A DNA stretch of 64,000 nt. Source: Lama glama. Lineage: Eukaryota. Positions 1 through 12,455 of the stretch are shown here, piece after piece. Numbering within the stretch: the first letter of the stretch is position 1; every line of letters begins with the position of its first letter. The translations under genes were made by a program, and so were the position numbers. Location: positions 44,766,001 to 44,830,000 of the forward strand of contig CM052816.1 of the NCBI GenBank assembly GCA_028534125.1. Direction: 5' to 3'. The notes beneath the pieces are model-generated. The model had not been told where the DNA came from. It saw only the letters and a list, made by a program, of their open reading frames with translations, and did not search any database.

Positions 1-149
1 GTTATCACATAAGAAGAGTTGGTATATAATTAAATAATATTTCAAATCTTTACCTTATATTTCACTCAACATTCGAAATGTTGAACAAATTATGTAGTAT
101 TTTATATATTGATGCTAAAATATATGTTTTACTGTCTGATGGAGAAGGT

Positions 150-1200
150 TGCTTTTATTATTATTTCATAATCCCACATATTTTTCCTAAATAAACATCT
201 TCAAGTTTACATTTTATGAAAAATCACATTGCTAAGTTCAAATCAAATTTTGATGTATTTAAATTCGAATGTTTTATATGTACTTGCCAGAATTGGTTTT
301 TTTGTTAATATAAAAGAGTCCTTTCCAGGAATATGTCTATATCTCCAATTATTCAAATTTTCATTTAAATCTTTTAGGATATTTCCATCTAAAATTTCCA
401 TCTAAAGTTTCTCCACATATTAAAGTTCAATTTTATCCTTAAATATTTCATATATTTGTTATTCTGACCAGTTTCTCCTTATTGAAAATTACATTTTATA
501 GCTGTGAATTACTAGGATATAAAAATAGAAGAAAATTTCTACCTTTTATTATGAGTAAATATTTATTAGTCTATGATGGATTTACATGCATATATTAAGT
601 ATATAATTTCATATATATACACACATATATAAGATATATACATATATACACATTCCTAGCCAACATTTCTCATTTATTTTTTCCTTTGTTTGCATTTCAA
701 GAAATCTAAATGCTTCACTAAAAATAAAGAAGTATTCTACTTGATTTTAAAATTAGTCCATTCCCTTTAAGATTCTGAAAACAGTTATATGGCTATTTTC
801 TTAAAAATGCACACACGTAGAGTCAGACATACACGTACACAGAGAGATTTGTGCATAAATGTTGCTATTAATTGTAATACTGTTTTTCTATTTAGTAAGA
901 AAGAATTTTTTCTTTTTATATTGTATGATGCATTTATTAGAATTCGGTTTTAAATTTTAGCTAGTACTTTTTTGGCATCAATTAAATTATTACATGTTAT
1001 TTTCTTATCTTACTTGTTGATGTGGTATTATGTTAAAATTTTTGATATTGATATTGATCCTTGGATTTCTAAGGAAGAAAAAACTTTTACTTGTTCACTG
1101 TGTAGTTTTCTTTAAGTATAGCAATTAAGTTTGAATCCTTAATACTTTATATAATAGTCAATCTCTTTATCAGTGAGATGAGTGAGATGTTGGTTTTGTC
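150..1200 (-). mobile_element. Old, heavily decayed L1M (LINE-1) ORF2 fragment
   Basis: T-rich sequence with antisense L1 ORF2-like phrases (ttttttggcatcaattaaattattacatg, ccttggatttct...ttttacttgttcactgtgtagttttctttaagtatag). Boundaries approximate. Confidence 0.55.
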
Positions 1201-1909
1201 ATTAGAGAAGACAAAGTGCTGATGTACAGTGAGAAACTAGACAATTCAAGAAGCTATTTTAAAGGAAGACAGGAAAATATCAAAATATCAATGGAAAAAA
1301 TCAGGAAAATATCAAAGGCAGGAAAATAAATCATCCCAAAAGGCAAATATCACTCATAAGAACTTTTTCCTAGGGAAAGCACAGTGAAAAATAATTAAAG
1401 AATATTTTGTGTTAAATTATAATTGAGGATAAATATAACCATCAAAAATATTTTCAAGTAACTATCTCTGCAGTTGCCAACAATGAACAACAGACAGTGA
1501 ATCCTTTGAAGTCAGAGTACCCCTCCCCTTGTTGTTGCTGTAAATAAAAGAATGCTTTTGGAATCTGGTATTTCATTTCTAATTTTATTTTAATTATTTT
1601 CTTAGTTATCAAATTACTGGAAGCAGCTCATTTTTTATATAGTAAAATATCTGGTTCTTATTTGTATAATAATTCAATTATGGATACATTCTCTAAATAA
1701 GAAAAATATTCTGGATACCTCTAAAATGTGAGCGCATGCTTCTGAATGCTTGCAAGTAAAGTGCTCTTCATCTTGTCAGTGTTTTAAACTCCTATTCAAT
1801 TTCTGAAACATTTTTAATATAAAATCTGTCTTGATTCTACCTACAACCTTGCAGGAAGAGTTTTTTTCTCCTTCCCAATCTCAACTGTGTCTTTGTTTAT
1901 GTTAAACAC

Positions 1910-2105
1910 AGTGGAAATACATAGACTTAAGAACTGAAAAAAAAAAAACTCAGATATTCAAATACTATATTCGCTGTTTAGTAGCAGTGTGAGACTGAAT
2001 GAATTACTGAAGAATTTTGTTTTCTTTTTTGCTAACTAGAATAATTTCACTTTCCTCACAGGGTAAGTTTGAGACTTTTCTGAAAGAATGTGTATGTTAA
2101 ATCTC
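1910..2105 (+). mobile_element. MIR SINE remnant
   Basis: Degenerate MIR core (gtttagtagcagtgtgagactga ... ataatttcactttcctcacaggg). Confidence 0.5.
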
Positions 2106-2149
2106 AACAAAAATAGCTCTTTTTCACTTTTTTCTAATATTTTTAATGT

Positions 2150-2445
2150 TTATATTTATATTCATCATAGAATTTCCCTCCTATTATAATGTTTTTTCAG
2201 TCCACCTCAGGTCAAAGATATTATTTATTCATCTTTGTACCTCATGTTCAACTCAGTGAGTCTGGGAAATCAATTACTGCGCTCCAACCCTTGGGAATCA
2301 AAAAAGACCAGAAAGTTCTTGCCTGATTAATTCCTTAAACTCCTTTATGTATTTGCCTAGAGTGCCTCCTGTGGTGCTTGTATCTACTGTGTATTACTCT
2401 GGACACACGAGCAATAGTCCCTCACTAAGTGCTTGTTGAGAATGT
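2150..2445 (+). mobile_element. L2 3' end remnant, apparently interrupted at 2266-2397
   Basis: L2 tail phrases tatttattcatctttgtacc...cagtgagtctgg and ...acacacgagc...ctcactaagtgcttgttgagaatg. Confidence 0.45.
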
Positions 2446-3779
2446 TTGGAAAAAAATAAACTGGAGCTCAGATCAAGATGGTGGAGTAAGAGATATGGAG
2501 CTTACATCCCTCCATGAACATATCAAAATATACATATATGTAGAATAATTCTCACTAAAAACTAACTGAAAACTGGCAGGACTCCTTTACAACCAAGGTT
2601 ATAAGAAAGATATAAATGTAAGCCAATAGGAAGTGGAAAAAAGTGATCAGGTTGGGATTTGTGCCCAGGTAGGGGACTCAGAGAAAAAGGGGGATTACAC
2701 AGGTGGGCACCCACCTTGGGGAGTGAGTGGTTCAGGCCACAGACTGGGTGCCCTAGGCCTGGGGTTCTACACAGGGGATGAAGCCCCCTTGGCTGTTTGG
2801 AGAACCTCTAGGACTAACAAAAGGGCTGTAGAAAGCTGAACCTCCTCTGTGAGGCAGGGCAAAGAGAGGTCTGCTCTAGGGGCTGTAGGGTTTCCTGCAA
2901 TTGCCTCACCACACTCCCCAGCCTAAGGTGAGTGAATGCTCAGGCCACACTCGCTCCACATCACAGCATAGCACTGGATGTGGGACAGCCACAACGAAGG
3001 GAAAGACTTAACCAGGAGATGTAGAAATGACCTGGTCCCAGGGCAGAGCCTGGATGCAGAAGCAGCAACTACTTTTGGAACTTACTCAAGCAGTATCTCA
3101 GAAGCAGCCCAAATCTCTGATGGCAGCTGCTCCACCACAGCACACCCCTGGATACATGTCAAGAGTCCACAGGTGCCCTTGCAGAGCAGTTCCACAACAG
3201 GGTGGGGGAGGCAGAAGCTGGGGGCAGTGATTAACTGTGAGGGACAAAAGGGACTTGCACCTGAGGCTGCATCTTAGCTGAGCCATGAATGGCTGCACAG
3301 GCAACACACTGGATCTCTGTCTACAACTAACACAAGCCAAGAGTCCACATAGGCCCCACTTGTTCCAGCACTGCCCCTCTCTAGGACAAGGGATCCAGTA
3401 AAGGGAAAGGGAAAAATGAACACTTAAGGGGAACAGAGCCAACTTGGACCAGATCCCCAGTGCTTCTGCTACAGTAACTTGGGATCATATCCCACCTCCA
3501 ACAGGGCAGTGAAAGCCACTGAATAAAATGGAAGTCCCCCTTCACTCCTGCTGTCAGCTCTAGCCCCTCCATCACCAGCCCCACCCCATACCAAGATGAT
3601 AGTTGCTAGCACAGCCTGAAGAAAGATGTGGCTTATATCTAAGTCAAATCCAGCACCACCACCAAAGGCATTCAGCACACACAGTGTGTATAGGGATGCT
3701 CCCACATAAGAACACGCTTTCAAGACTGCAACAGCTAACAGTTTCATCTAAATTTCTAGAAGCAGAGAAAGTTAAGGAA

Positions 3780-4653
3780 AACAGAAAAATAGAGGAACCA
3801 TTCTCCATTGAAAGAAAAAGAGAAGAAGACCGGAAAAAAAATACTGAAACAGAAATTATCAATTTACCAGATAAAGAATCCAAAGCATTGGTAATAAAAC
3901 TGTTTTCTGAATTAAGGAAAAGAATTGATGTACACAATGGAAATTTTAACAAAGTAGAAATTATAAAATGACCAAATCAGAAATGAAAATTTTAACATAT
4001 GAAATAAAAAACACACTAGAAGAAATGAATAGCAGACTAAATGATACCAAAAAATGCACAAGTGATCCAGAAGATAGAATAATGAAAATCACCCTATCAG
4101 AAAAATAAGAAGAAAAACAAATTTAAAAAAATGAAAGCAGCCTATGAGATCTCTGAAATAACATTAAGCATACCAACATTCACATTACAGGGGTCCCAGA
4201 AGGAGAAGCAAAGAGAAGAGGATTGAAAAAGTATCTGAATAAATTATGGCTGTAAACTTTCCAAACATAAAGAAGGAAACAGATATCCAGTTACAAGAAG
4301 CAAGAAAGTCTCAAACAAGATGAACCCAAACAGACCCACACCAAAAGATATCATAATTTAAATGGCAAAAGTTAAAGAGAAATTTTAAAGGCAGCAAGAG
4401 AAAAAAAAGTGTCATATACAAAGGAATCTCCATTGTGAAATCAGTTGATACCTCTGCAGAAACTTTGCATGTCAGAGGGAGTGGCATGATATATTTAGTG
4501 CTGTAAAGGAAAAACCTGCAACCTAGGATACTCTATTCAGAAAGATTATCATTCAGAATCAAAGAAGAGATAAAGAACTCAGAGAAGCAAGAAATAAAAG
4601 AGTTCATCAGTACTAAACCAACCTTAGAAGAAATGTGAAACGATCTTCTCTAA
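3780..4653 (+). pseudogene. L1 ORF1p (RNA-binding protein) remnant, with stops and frameshifts
   Basis: ORF 3603..3971 contains ORF1p-like TETEIINLPDKESKALVIKLFSELRKRID; the aacattcacattacaggggtcccagaaggaga motif corresponds to NIxIxGVPEG; likely original stop TAA at 4651-4653. Start approximate. Confidence 0.85.
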
Positions 4654-5096
4654 GTGGAAAAATAGAATCAACAGGAAAGGGAAAATCCCACTAGGAAAGC
4701 AAGTATGTAGTAAGGACTAAGGATCAATCACTTAAATAAGTTAGTAGAAAGACAAAAAAATTGTAAAAGCAACTATAACTACAATAACAGTTGTGGGATA
4801 AACTTGAATATATAAAATATGGTATCAAAAACAATAAATTTTGGGGGGGATGTAAAAAATGCACATCTTTTAAAATGTATTTGAACTTCAATGACTATCA
4901 GTTTAAAACAAGAAGACATAAGTCAACATATAGAAACCCTACGGTAACCACAAATCAATAATCTACAATAGATACACAAAAACTAAAAGGAAGGGAAACA
5001 AGCACACTACTATAAAAAATCATCAAACCTCAAGGGAAGACAAAAAAGAACAGAAAAGATAATAACTACAAAAACAACCAGAAAGCATGTAATAAA

Positions 5097-8000
5097 ATGA
5101 CAGTAAGTACACATCCATTAATAATTACATGTCAGTGAATTAAATGCTCCATCCAGTCAAAAGACACAGAGTGGCTAACTGGATTTAAAAACAAGACCCT
5201 TCTATATACTGCCTGTAAGAGTCTCACTTCAGGGCAAAAGATACATATAAACTAAAAGTGAGGGAATGGAAAAAGATATTTCATGCAAACAGAAATGACA
5301 AGAAAGGGGATAAAGCAACATTTGCATCAGGCAAGACAGACTTTAAAACAAAGGCTATAACAAAAGACAAAGAAGTAGATTAAATAATGACAAAGGGATC
5401 AATACAAAAAGAGGATATTACTCTTATTAGCATATATACACCCAATACAGAAGCACCTAAATATATAAGGCAAATATAGATAGAAAAGGGGAGATTGACA
5501 ATAATACAATAATAGTAGGAGACTTTAACACCCCACTGACACCAATGGACAGGTCATCCAGACAGAGAATCAATAAGAAACATTGGTTTTTAAATGACAC
5601 AAGAGACCATTTGGATTTAACAGATATCTATAAAACATTCCATCTCAAAACAGCAGAATGCACATTTTCTTCAAGTGCATATGGAACATTCTCCAAGATA
5701 GACCAATGCTAGGACACAAAACAAGTCTCAACAAATTTAAGAGGATAGGACTTACATTAAGTATTTTTTCTCACTACAGTATGAAAAAATGGGCTAATAA
5801 CAAACATGTGGAGATTAATGAAAATGCTACTGAAAAACTGTTGAGTCAGTGAAGAATTCAAAAGGGAAATCAGAAAATACCTGTAGACAAATGGAAATGA
5901 AAATACAATACACTAAAATCTATAGGATGAGCAAAAGCAGTCCTAAGAGGGAAGTTTATCATAATATAGGTTTTCCTCAAGAGACAAGAAAAATCTGAAA
6001 TAAATAACCTAATCTCTCATATAAAGGAATTAGGAAAAAAAAAAAAAAAAGAACAAACAAAGCCCCAAATCAGCAGATGGGAAAAATAGTAAAGATCAGA
6101 AAGGAAATAAGTAAAATAAAGATCAAAAACAATAGAAAAGATCAATGAAAACAAGAACTGTTTTTTTTAATAATAAACAAAATTGATAAACATTTAGACA
6201 GGATCAACAAAAAGAAAAGAGAGCATACTCAAATGAACAAATAAGAAATGAAAGATGAGAAATAGGCAATACCACAGAGATATAAGAAAATCATAAGAGA
6301 ATACCATAAACAGTTATATGCCAACAAATTGAACAACCTAGAAGAAACAGACATGTGTCTAGAAACTTGAAACTTGCAAAGAATAAATCCAGAAGAAACA
6401 TAATTTAAACAGATTGATCACTAGTATTGAATTTGAATTTGTAATTTAAAAAAATCCAGCAAACAAAAGTCCATGACCAAAGGGCTTCACAGGAGATTTT
6501 TACCAAACATATGTAGAACTAATACTTCAAACTATTCTAAGAATTGAAGAGAATGGATCCCTCCCAAATTTATTCTACAAGGCTACCATTACCCTTCACC
6601 AAAACCAGACAAAGATAGTACAAAAAGAGAAAATTGCAGGCCAATATCTTTGAGGAATATAGATGCAATAATTTACAACAAACTATCAGAAAACCAATCC
6701 AACAATGTAAAAAAAGAATCATATACCACAATGAAGTTGGGTTTATTTCAAGGACGCAAGGACAGTTCAATATTTGCAATCAATGTGATACAGCACATTA
6801 ACAAAATGAGGGATAAAAATCACATAATTATCTCAATTAACACAGAAAAAACATTTGACAAAATTCAACATCTATTCATGATAAAAATTCTCATCAAAGT
6901 GTATATAAAGGGAATATATCTCAACATAATAAAGACCATTTATGACAAATCCACACCTAACATCATACTCAGTGGTGAAACAAAAAGTCTTTCTTCTAAA
7001 TTCAGGAACAAGACAAGGATGCCCATTCTCACCACTTCTATTTAAGACAGTATTGGAAGTCCTAGCCACAGCAGTCAGACAAGAAAAAGAAATAAAAACA
7101 TCCAAATTAGCAGGGAAGAAGTAAAACTGTCACTATTTACAGATTACCCATATATAGAAAACCTTAAACTCCCCACCACAAAACTACTGGAACTAATAAA
7201 TGAATTCAGTAACGCTGCAGGATACAAGATTAATATACAGAAATCTGTTGCTTTTCTATACACCAATAATAAACTATCAGAAAGAGAAAATTTTTTAAAC
7301 CATTTGAAACATATCAAAAAGAATAAAATACCTAGGAATAAACTTTACCAAGAAAGTGAAACACCTTTACTCTGAAAAATTATAACACACCAATGAAGTA
7401 AACTGAAGATAATACAAAGAAATGGAAAGATATCTCTTATTCTTGTATTAGAAGAATTAATATTGCTAAAATGATCATACTATCCAAAGTAATTTACAGT
7501 TTATATGTAATCCCTATCAAAATATCCATGAAATTTATCACAGAACTAGAATAATCCTAAAATTGATACTAGACCACAAAGACTCCAAATAGCCAAAGTT
7601 ATCTTGAGAAAAGAGAACAAAGCTGGAGGTATCATACCCCCTAACTTCAGACTACCCTACAAAGCTACAGTAATCAAAACTGCACAGTACTGGCACCAAA
7701 AAAAAAAAAAAAAAGACACAAGACACATAGGTCAACAAAACAGAATAGAGAGCCCAGAAATAAACCCACATACTTATGGTCAATTTATCTATGATAAAAG
7801 AGGCAAGAATAAACAACGGAGAAAGGACAGTCTCTCCATAATCAGGGCTGGGAAAACTGGAGAGTTATATTTAAAACAACGAAATTAGAACATTTCCTCA
7901 CACCATGTAGAAAAATAAACTCAAAGTGGATGAAAGACCTAAACCTAAGACCTGAAACGACAAAGCTCCTGGAAGAGAGTATGGGTAGAACACTCTGACA

Positions 8001-8483
8001 TAAATCATAGCACTGTTTTTAATCTGTCTCCTAACACAAAAGAAATAAAAGCAAAACTAAACAATGAGACCTCATTATACTTAAAAGCTTATGCACAGAA
8101 AAAAGCCATTAACAAAACAGAAAGAATAGGAGAAAAAATTTGCAAATGATACGATCAAGGGGTTAATATCCAAAACGTGTAAATAGCTCATACAACCCAA
8201 TATCAAAAACAAACAAACAAACAAACAAACTCAATCAAAAAAAAAAAAAAGAAAGAAACAGAAGACGTGGTATTTTTCCAAAAAGACATCTGGCTGACAG
8301 GCACATGAAAAGACTCAACATTGCTAACGATTAGAGAAATGTACATCAGAACAACAAGATATCACCTCAAACCTGTGAGAATGGCTATTATCACAAAGTC
8401 TACAAATAACAAATGTTGGCAAGGATATGGAATAAGGGAAGCCTTGCACACTGGCTGGTGGGAATGTAAATTGGTACAGCCAC
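5097..8483 (+). pseudogene. L1 ORF2p (endonuclease/reverse transcriptase) remnant, disrupted and 3'-truncated
   Basis: ATG at 5097. Endonuclease motif atagtaggagactttaacacccca (IVGDFNTP) and RT-region motif GTRQGCP are present, but split across many short ORFs. Confidence 0.93.
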
Positions 8484-8491
8484 CCACCTGA

Positions 8492-8646
8492 ATACTTACT
8501 TACCTGGCAGGGGAGATACCATAATCACCAAGGTAATTTTCCCAGGGCAAGGCTCGACCATTACACTCCAGATGTGATCCCCCAGATGTGGGGAACCCGA
8601 CTGCATCATTTGTCACAGTGGAGAGGTGTGTTCACACTTTCCCCTG
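8492..8646 (+). pseudogene. RNU1: U1 snRNA retro-pseudogene (both termini present, tailless, non-functional)
   Basis: Colinear with U1 from ATACTTAC..CTGGCAGGGGAGATACC to CTTTCCCCTG. It carries a 4-nt TTAC duplication at the 5' end, an internal deletion of about 12 nt after GATGT(G), and mutated U1-70K loop (aatcaccaag), U1A loop (attacac) and Sm site (atttgtc). CpG-to-CpA/TpG decay is evident. No recognisable upstream snRNA promoter, 3' box or poly(A). Confidence 0.95.
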
Positions 8647-9183
8647 AATGGGGAGGGGAGCATTTCCTTAAGGCAAGTACAGACAAACATTACTTGGGAT
8701 TTATTTCAAAGTTTGAAAGATTGAATTTAAAAAAAAAACCAATAAATCAGTATTGTAGGTTTATATTTGTAGAAATCATCTGGAGAAATAATTTCCACAC
8801 AGCAAACAATCCCTCTTTGGATCAAGATGATAATACTAGGGAGGGAAGGAAGGGTAAAAAGTGACTCCGGTAATACTGATAGTATTTTGACTTATTACAG
8901 TTATTACTACTATTGCTTCTAATGGATAATCAAAGCATCAAGATATTAAAACACATAATTTTATAGAAAAATGGAGCCTCTATCCCTTTAATTTTCTGCC
9001 TGCATTAGGCCTAATCTGTTGTTACTAATAGCATCAATTAAATTATTTCTCTGTTTGTTTTGTCCATAACCTCTAACAACCATATCATGTTCTTTTCCCA
9101 CAAATAACAATCCTTCTAAATGTCCAAAAAATATATCACAGGTAGGCCACACAAGTCCACCATAAAACAGGTAAGTATATTTT

Positions 9184-9187
<4 letters not shown>

Positions 9188-9213
<26 letters not shown>
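9188..9213 (+). repeat. (CA)n microsatellite
   Basis: Direct reading: cacacacacacacacacacacacaca. Confidence 0.95.
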
Positions 9214-9214
<1 letters not shown>

Positions 9215-10054
9215 TTTCTCTCACACATACCCATTAATGTTTTTCTTTTTTTCCTTCTTGGAAAAATGATAGCTATTAAACAAAGATTAAGTTAGATTTT
9301 TAAACAGGACATTGGAAATCTGTTTGCAAGTCTAAAATGCATTTTGATTACACCTAGATTGTTTGCACTATTCCCAGGAAGATATTGTCCCAAGAGCACA
9401 TAGACATTTTATTATTCCTTTTAAAATAGTGTATCAAATAATTTTCTATCAATTATATGTTTTATTTATAAATATTACTTTTAACATAATTTTTAGTATG
9501 TACTTCATTTAGTATACCACTTATCAAGTAAAGGAAATCATGATTTAATTAATTAATGCTAACCAAATTAATTATGTAGTCTTTAATTATCCTTTAAAAA
9601 TATTTGTATCAATCCCTGGTAGAAAGCACAAAGACATTTTATGCTTTTGATAAATTGATCAAATAATGTTATATAATTATCAGTAATACATTTCTTTTGA
9701 TCTCAAATAAGCATCCACCTACTCAGTGTGTTAACTGGGGGAAAATCAGTTAAAAGATACCCCTATGAGGTACAGCAGAAAATTGTACAAATCAATTTAT
9801 ACCATCTTGAAATGGAAAATGTGAATTAACTGTTACAAAGCCGGAGTTCACAAATTGGCAAGAATGTCTATAATAGGAAGTAATCTATTAGAAAGTAATC
9901 TGGACCAACCAGAGCTATCTCTAATAGAACTGAATAATCAGAAGAATTTAATCATTTTCTAATGAACAATTATACAATTAATTGACCTTACGGTTAAGTT
10001 TAGAATTTCACTGATGAATTCTTCATAAAGCAAAGCCAATATGAACCATATTTA

Positions 10055-12455
10055 CACAGGATCTCTGGAAGAACTCCCAATGGCAAAAGCCGAAATCATT
10101 TGATCAATAGTAAATAAATTACCACAGTACTGAGTTTTAATAAAGAATAAAATAATTATCCTTGAGTCTGTATTGATTTTATTTTTTATTTTTCATATTT
10201 TTCATTTTCACCCAACAATACTGACTTTTTTCTTTGGAAGTGCATTTCAATAAATTTTAACATCTGTATGGACTTGTGTAACTACCACCACAATCAAGAT
10301 ACAGAACAGTTCCACCACAACACAGAACTCACTTATGTTGTCTTTTTATAGTTACCTCCTCACCCAGCATTACATCTGGCAACGACTGATCTGTTCTCTA
10401 AAACTGTAGTTTTTCTTTTTTAGGAACGTCATACAAATTGAATCATATGGTATGTAACCTTATGAAACTGGCTTTTTTCACTCAGCCTAATACCTTTGAG
10501 ATTCACCCAAGTTGTTGGCTATGCCTGCAGTTTGTTCTCTTTTGTTGCTGAGTAGCATCCCATTGGGTGCATAAATACAGTTTATCCATTCACGCACTGA
10601 AGGACATTTGGGTTCTTTCCAAGTTATGTTTGGTTTGGTTTTAGCAAATATGAATTGAGCTGCTATAAACACTTTAATACAGGTATTTGTGTAAATACTG
10701 GCTTTCAATTCTCTAGGCTAAAAACCCAGGAGTGGGATGGCTGGGTCTTATGGTAAGTGTATGTTTAAATTTATAAGAAACTGCCAGAATGTTTCCAGAA
10801 TGTCTATTACCATTTTGCCACCAGTAATGTATGATCTCCACTTCATCTGCACGCTTGCTAGTGGTTTTTCCCCTTAGCCATTCTAATAGATGTGCAGTGG
10901 TATCTCACCATGACTTTAATTTGCATTTCCCTAAAGGAATTAGGTAAATGCATTTTCATATGCCCTTTTTTGCCATCGTTGTATCTCTTTTGGCAAATGT
11001 TTATTTAAGTCCTATGACCTGTTTTTAAATGTATTGTTTTCTTATGGTTGACTCTGAAAAGTTTTTTAAAATATCCTGAATACATTTTATTTGTTGGATA
11101 TGTAACTTACAAACAGTTTTATCTAGTCTGTAGCTGTCTACATTTTCTTAAACTGTCTTTCACAGAGCAAAAGTTTCTTTTTTAATTTTGATAAAGTCTA
11201 GTTTATCTTTTTCTTGTATGAATCATGCTTTTAGTGTCACATTTAAGACTTCATCTACCACCAGATCACATAGACATTCTTTCTATCTTCTAAAAGTTTT
11301 ATAGTTTTACATTTTACATTTAGATCTGTGATTCATTTTGAGTGAATTTTTGTTTAAGGGGTAAGGTTTAGGTTGAGGTTCATTTTTTTCTCTCTTTCAT
11401 CTTGGTGTATGTCCCTTTAGCAATGTCACACTGTCTTGATTACAGGAGCTTTATAGTAAGTCTTAAAATCAATGAATGTGATTTCTCAAAATCTATGTAT
11501 TATTTATCAAATGTTTTCATTGTCATATAAATAAATGTCTAAATAAATCAATAAATACATGGAGAAGAAGGAGTAGAACTTTCTTACCAAAGAACCGAAA
11601 ATAATCTGGAAGGAATGAAGAAAATATAAAATTACCATTAGGCCATCACATTAATAATTGCTCCAGGCAATATACACTAATGAATGCTAAAATTTTTAGT
11701 GGCCAAAACATTAAGGAGAAACAGGATAGTTGCATGGCCTCTAGGTAGCTCCCAACAATATTTTTACGTTACTATGGTGGTTTTAATGTATATTTTCAAA
11801 TTACTTGATACTCCTCCTTGAAGGAGGTGGAGCTTAACTCTCCTCCCCTCAAGGGTAAGCTGGACTTAGTGATTCACCTCTAATAAATAGAACACGGAAA
11901 ATGAAGAATCATAATTTTACAGTGGGAGAACCTGGCAGACAGCACTTTAACTAAATGATTATGGTTAGAATCACCAGTAATGAATCGTGTTGATACTAGG
12001 TTCTCAGACATAATGCAGTGAAAAGGGTATATCACCTCTGTGGAATCCTTTCCAGTGGTGCATAACCTCAATCTAATCAGGAACGATACAGAAGACAAAC
12101 CCAAATGGCTATAAAATACTGACCAGTACTCTTTTAAAATGTCAAGGTCATGAAAGATGAGGGAAAACTGAGGGACTAACTGCGTATTAAACAGGACTAT
12201 AGAGACATGATGACTAAATGCACAGGGTATCCTGCATTAAAAACATGGAACAACAACAACAACAACAAACCAGTGAAAAACTGGTAAAAATCTGATAAAG
12301 TCTAGGGTTAATATCATTGTACCATGTTAATTTCTTAGTTTTGATAAATAAACCACGGCTATGTGAGTTAACATATGAAGAAGATTTGTGAAGTATATGG
12401 TGAACTCTCCATAATGTCTTTGCAACTCTTCTGTAAGTCTAAATAAAAAGTCTAA
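10055..12455 (+). mobile_element. L1MC-like 3'UTR, split by a nested antisense L1 (about 10177-11520)
   Basis: L1MC-type phrases on both sides of the insert (aatggcaaaagccgaaatcatttga...tccttgagtctgtattgat; aaggaggtggagcttaactc; aatactgaccagtactc; ctttgcaactcttctgtaagtctaaa). Confidence 0.8.
10177..11520 (-). mobile_element. L1M (L1MB/MC-like) 3' fragment nested in an older L1
   Basis: T-rich tail at about 10177-10210, then tgtaactaccaccacaatcaagatacagaacagttcc. ORF 10487..10708 gives the ORF2 C-terminal-like peptide FIAAQFIFAK...WKEPKCPS. Confidence 0.85.

Larger units (their letters stand above)
2462..8483 (+). mobile_element. Near-full-length, inactive LINE-1 (5'UTR, ORF1, most of ORF2); 3' end of ORF2, 3'UTR and poly(A) missing
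   Basis: Starts with gatcaagatggtggag (L1 5' caagatggcg motif, CpG decayed) and has a GC-rich 5'UTR. ORF-track peptides match L1 ORF1p (NLPDKESKALVIKLFSEL) and ORF2p ([60 protein letters not shown]). L1 similarity stops abruptly after gggaatgtaaattggtacagccac at 8483. Confidence 0.96.

Noticed and set aside
381..406. 13-bp tandem duplication ATTTCCATCTAAA (a similar ~20-bp duplication lies at 27882-27922)
   Set aside because: Ordinary slippage duplications inside old L1 sequence; not arrays.
2040..2070. Plus-strand acceptor followed by G and GTAAGT
   Set aside because: It lies inside a MIR, where cctcacaggg is consensus, and AG and GT are not directly juxtaposed.
2633..3971. Cluster of 67-122 aa ORFs on both strands
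   Set aside because: They lie in the GC-rich L1 5'UTR and the decayed ORF1 start, so they are not independent genes.
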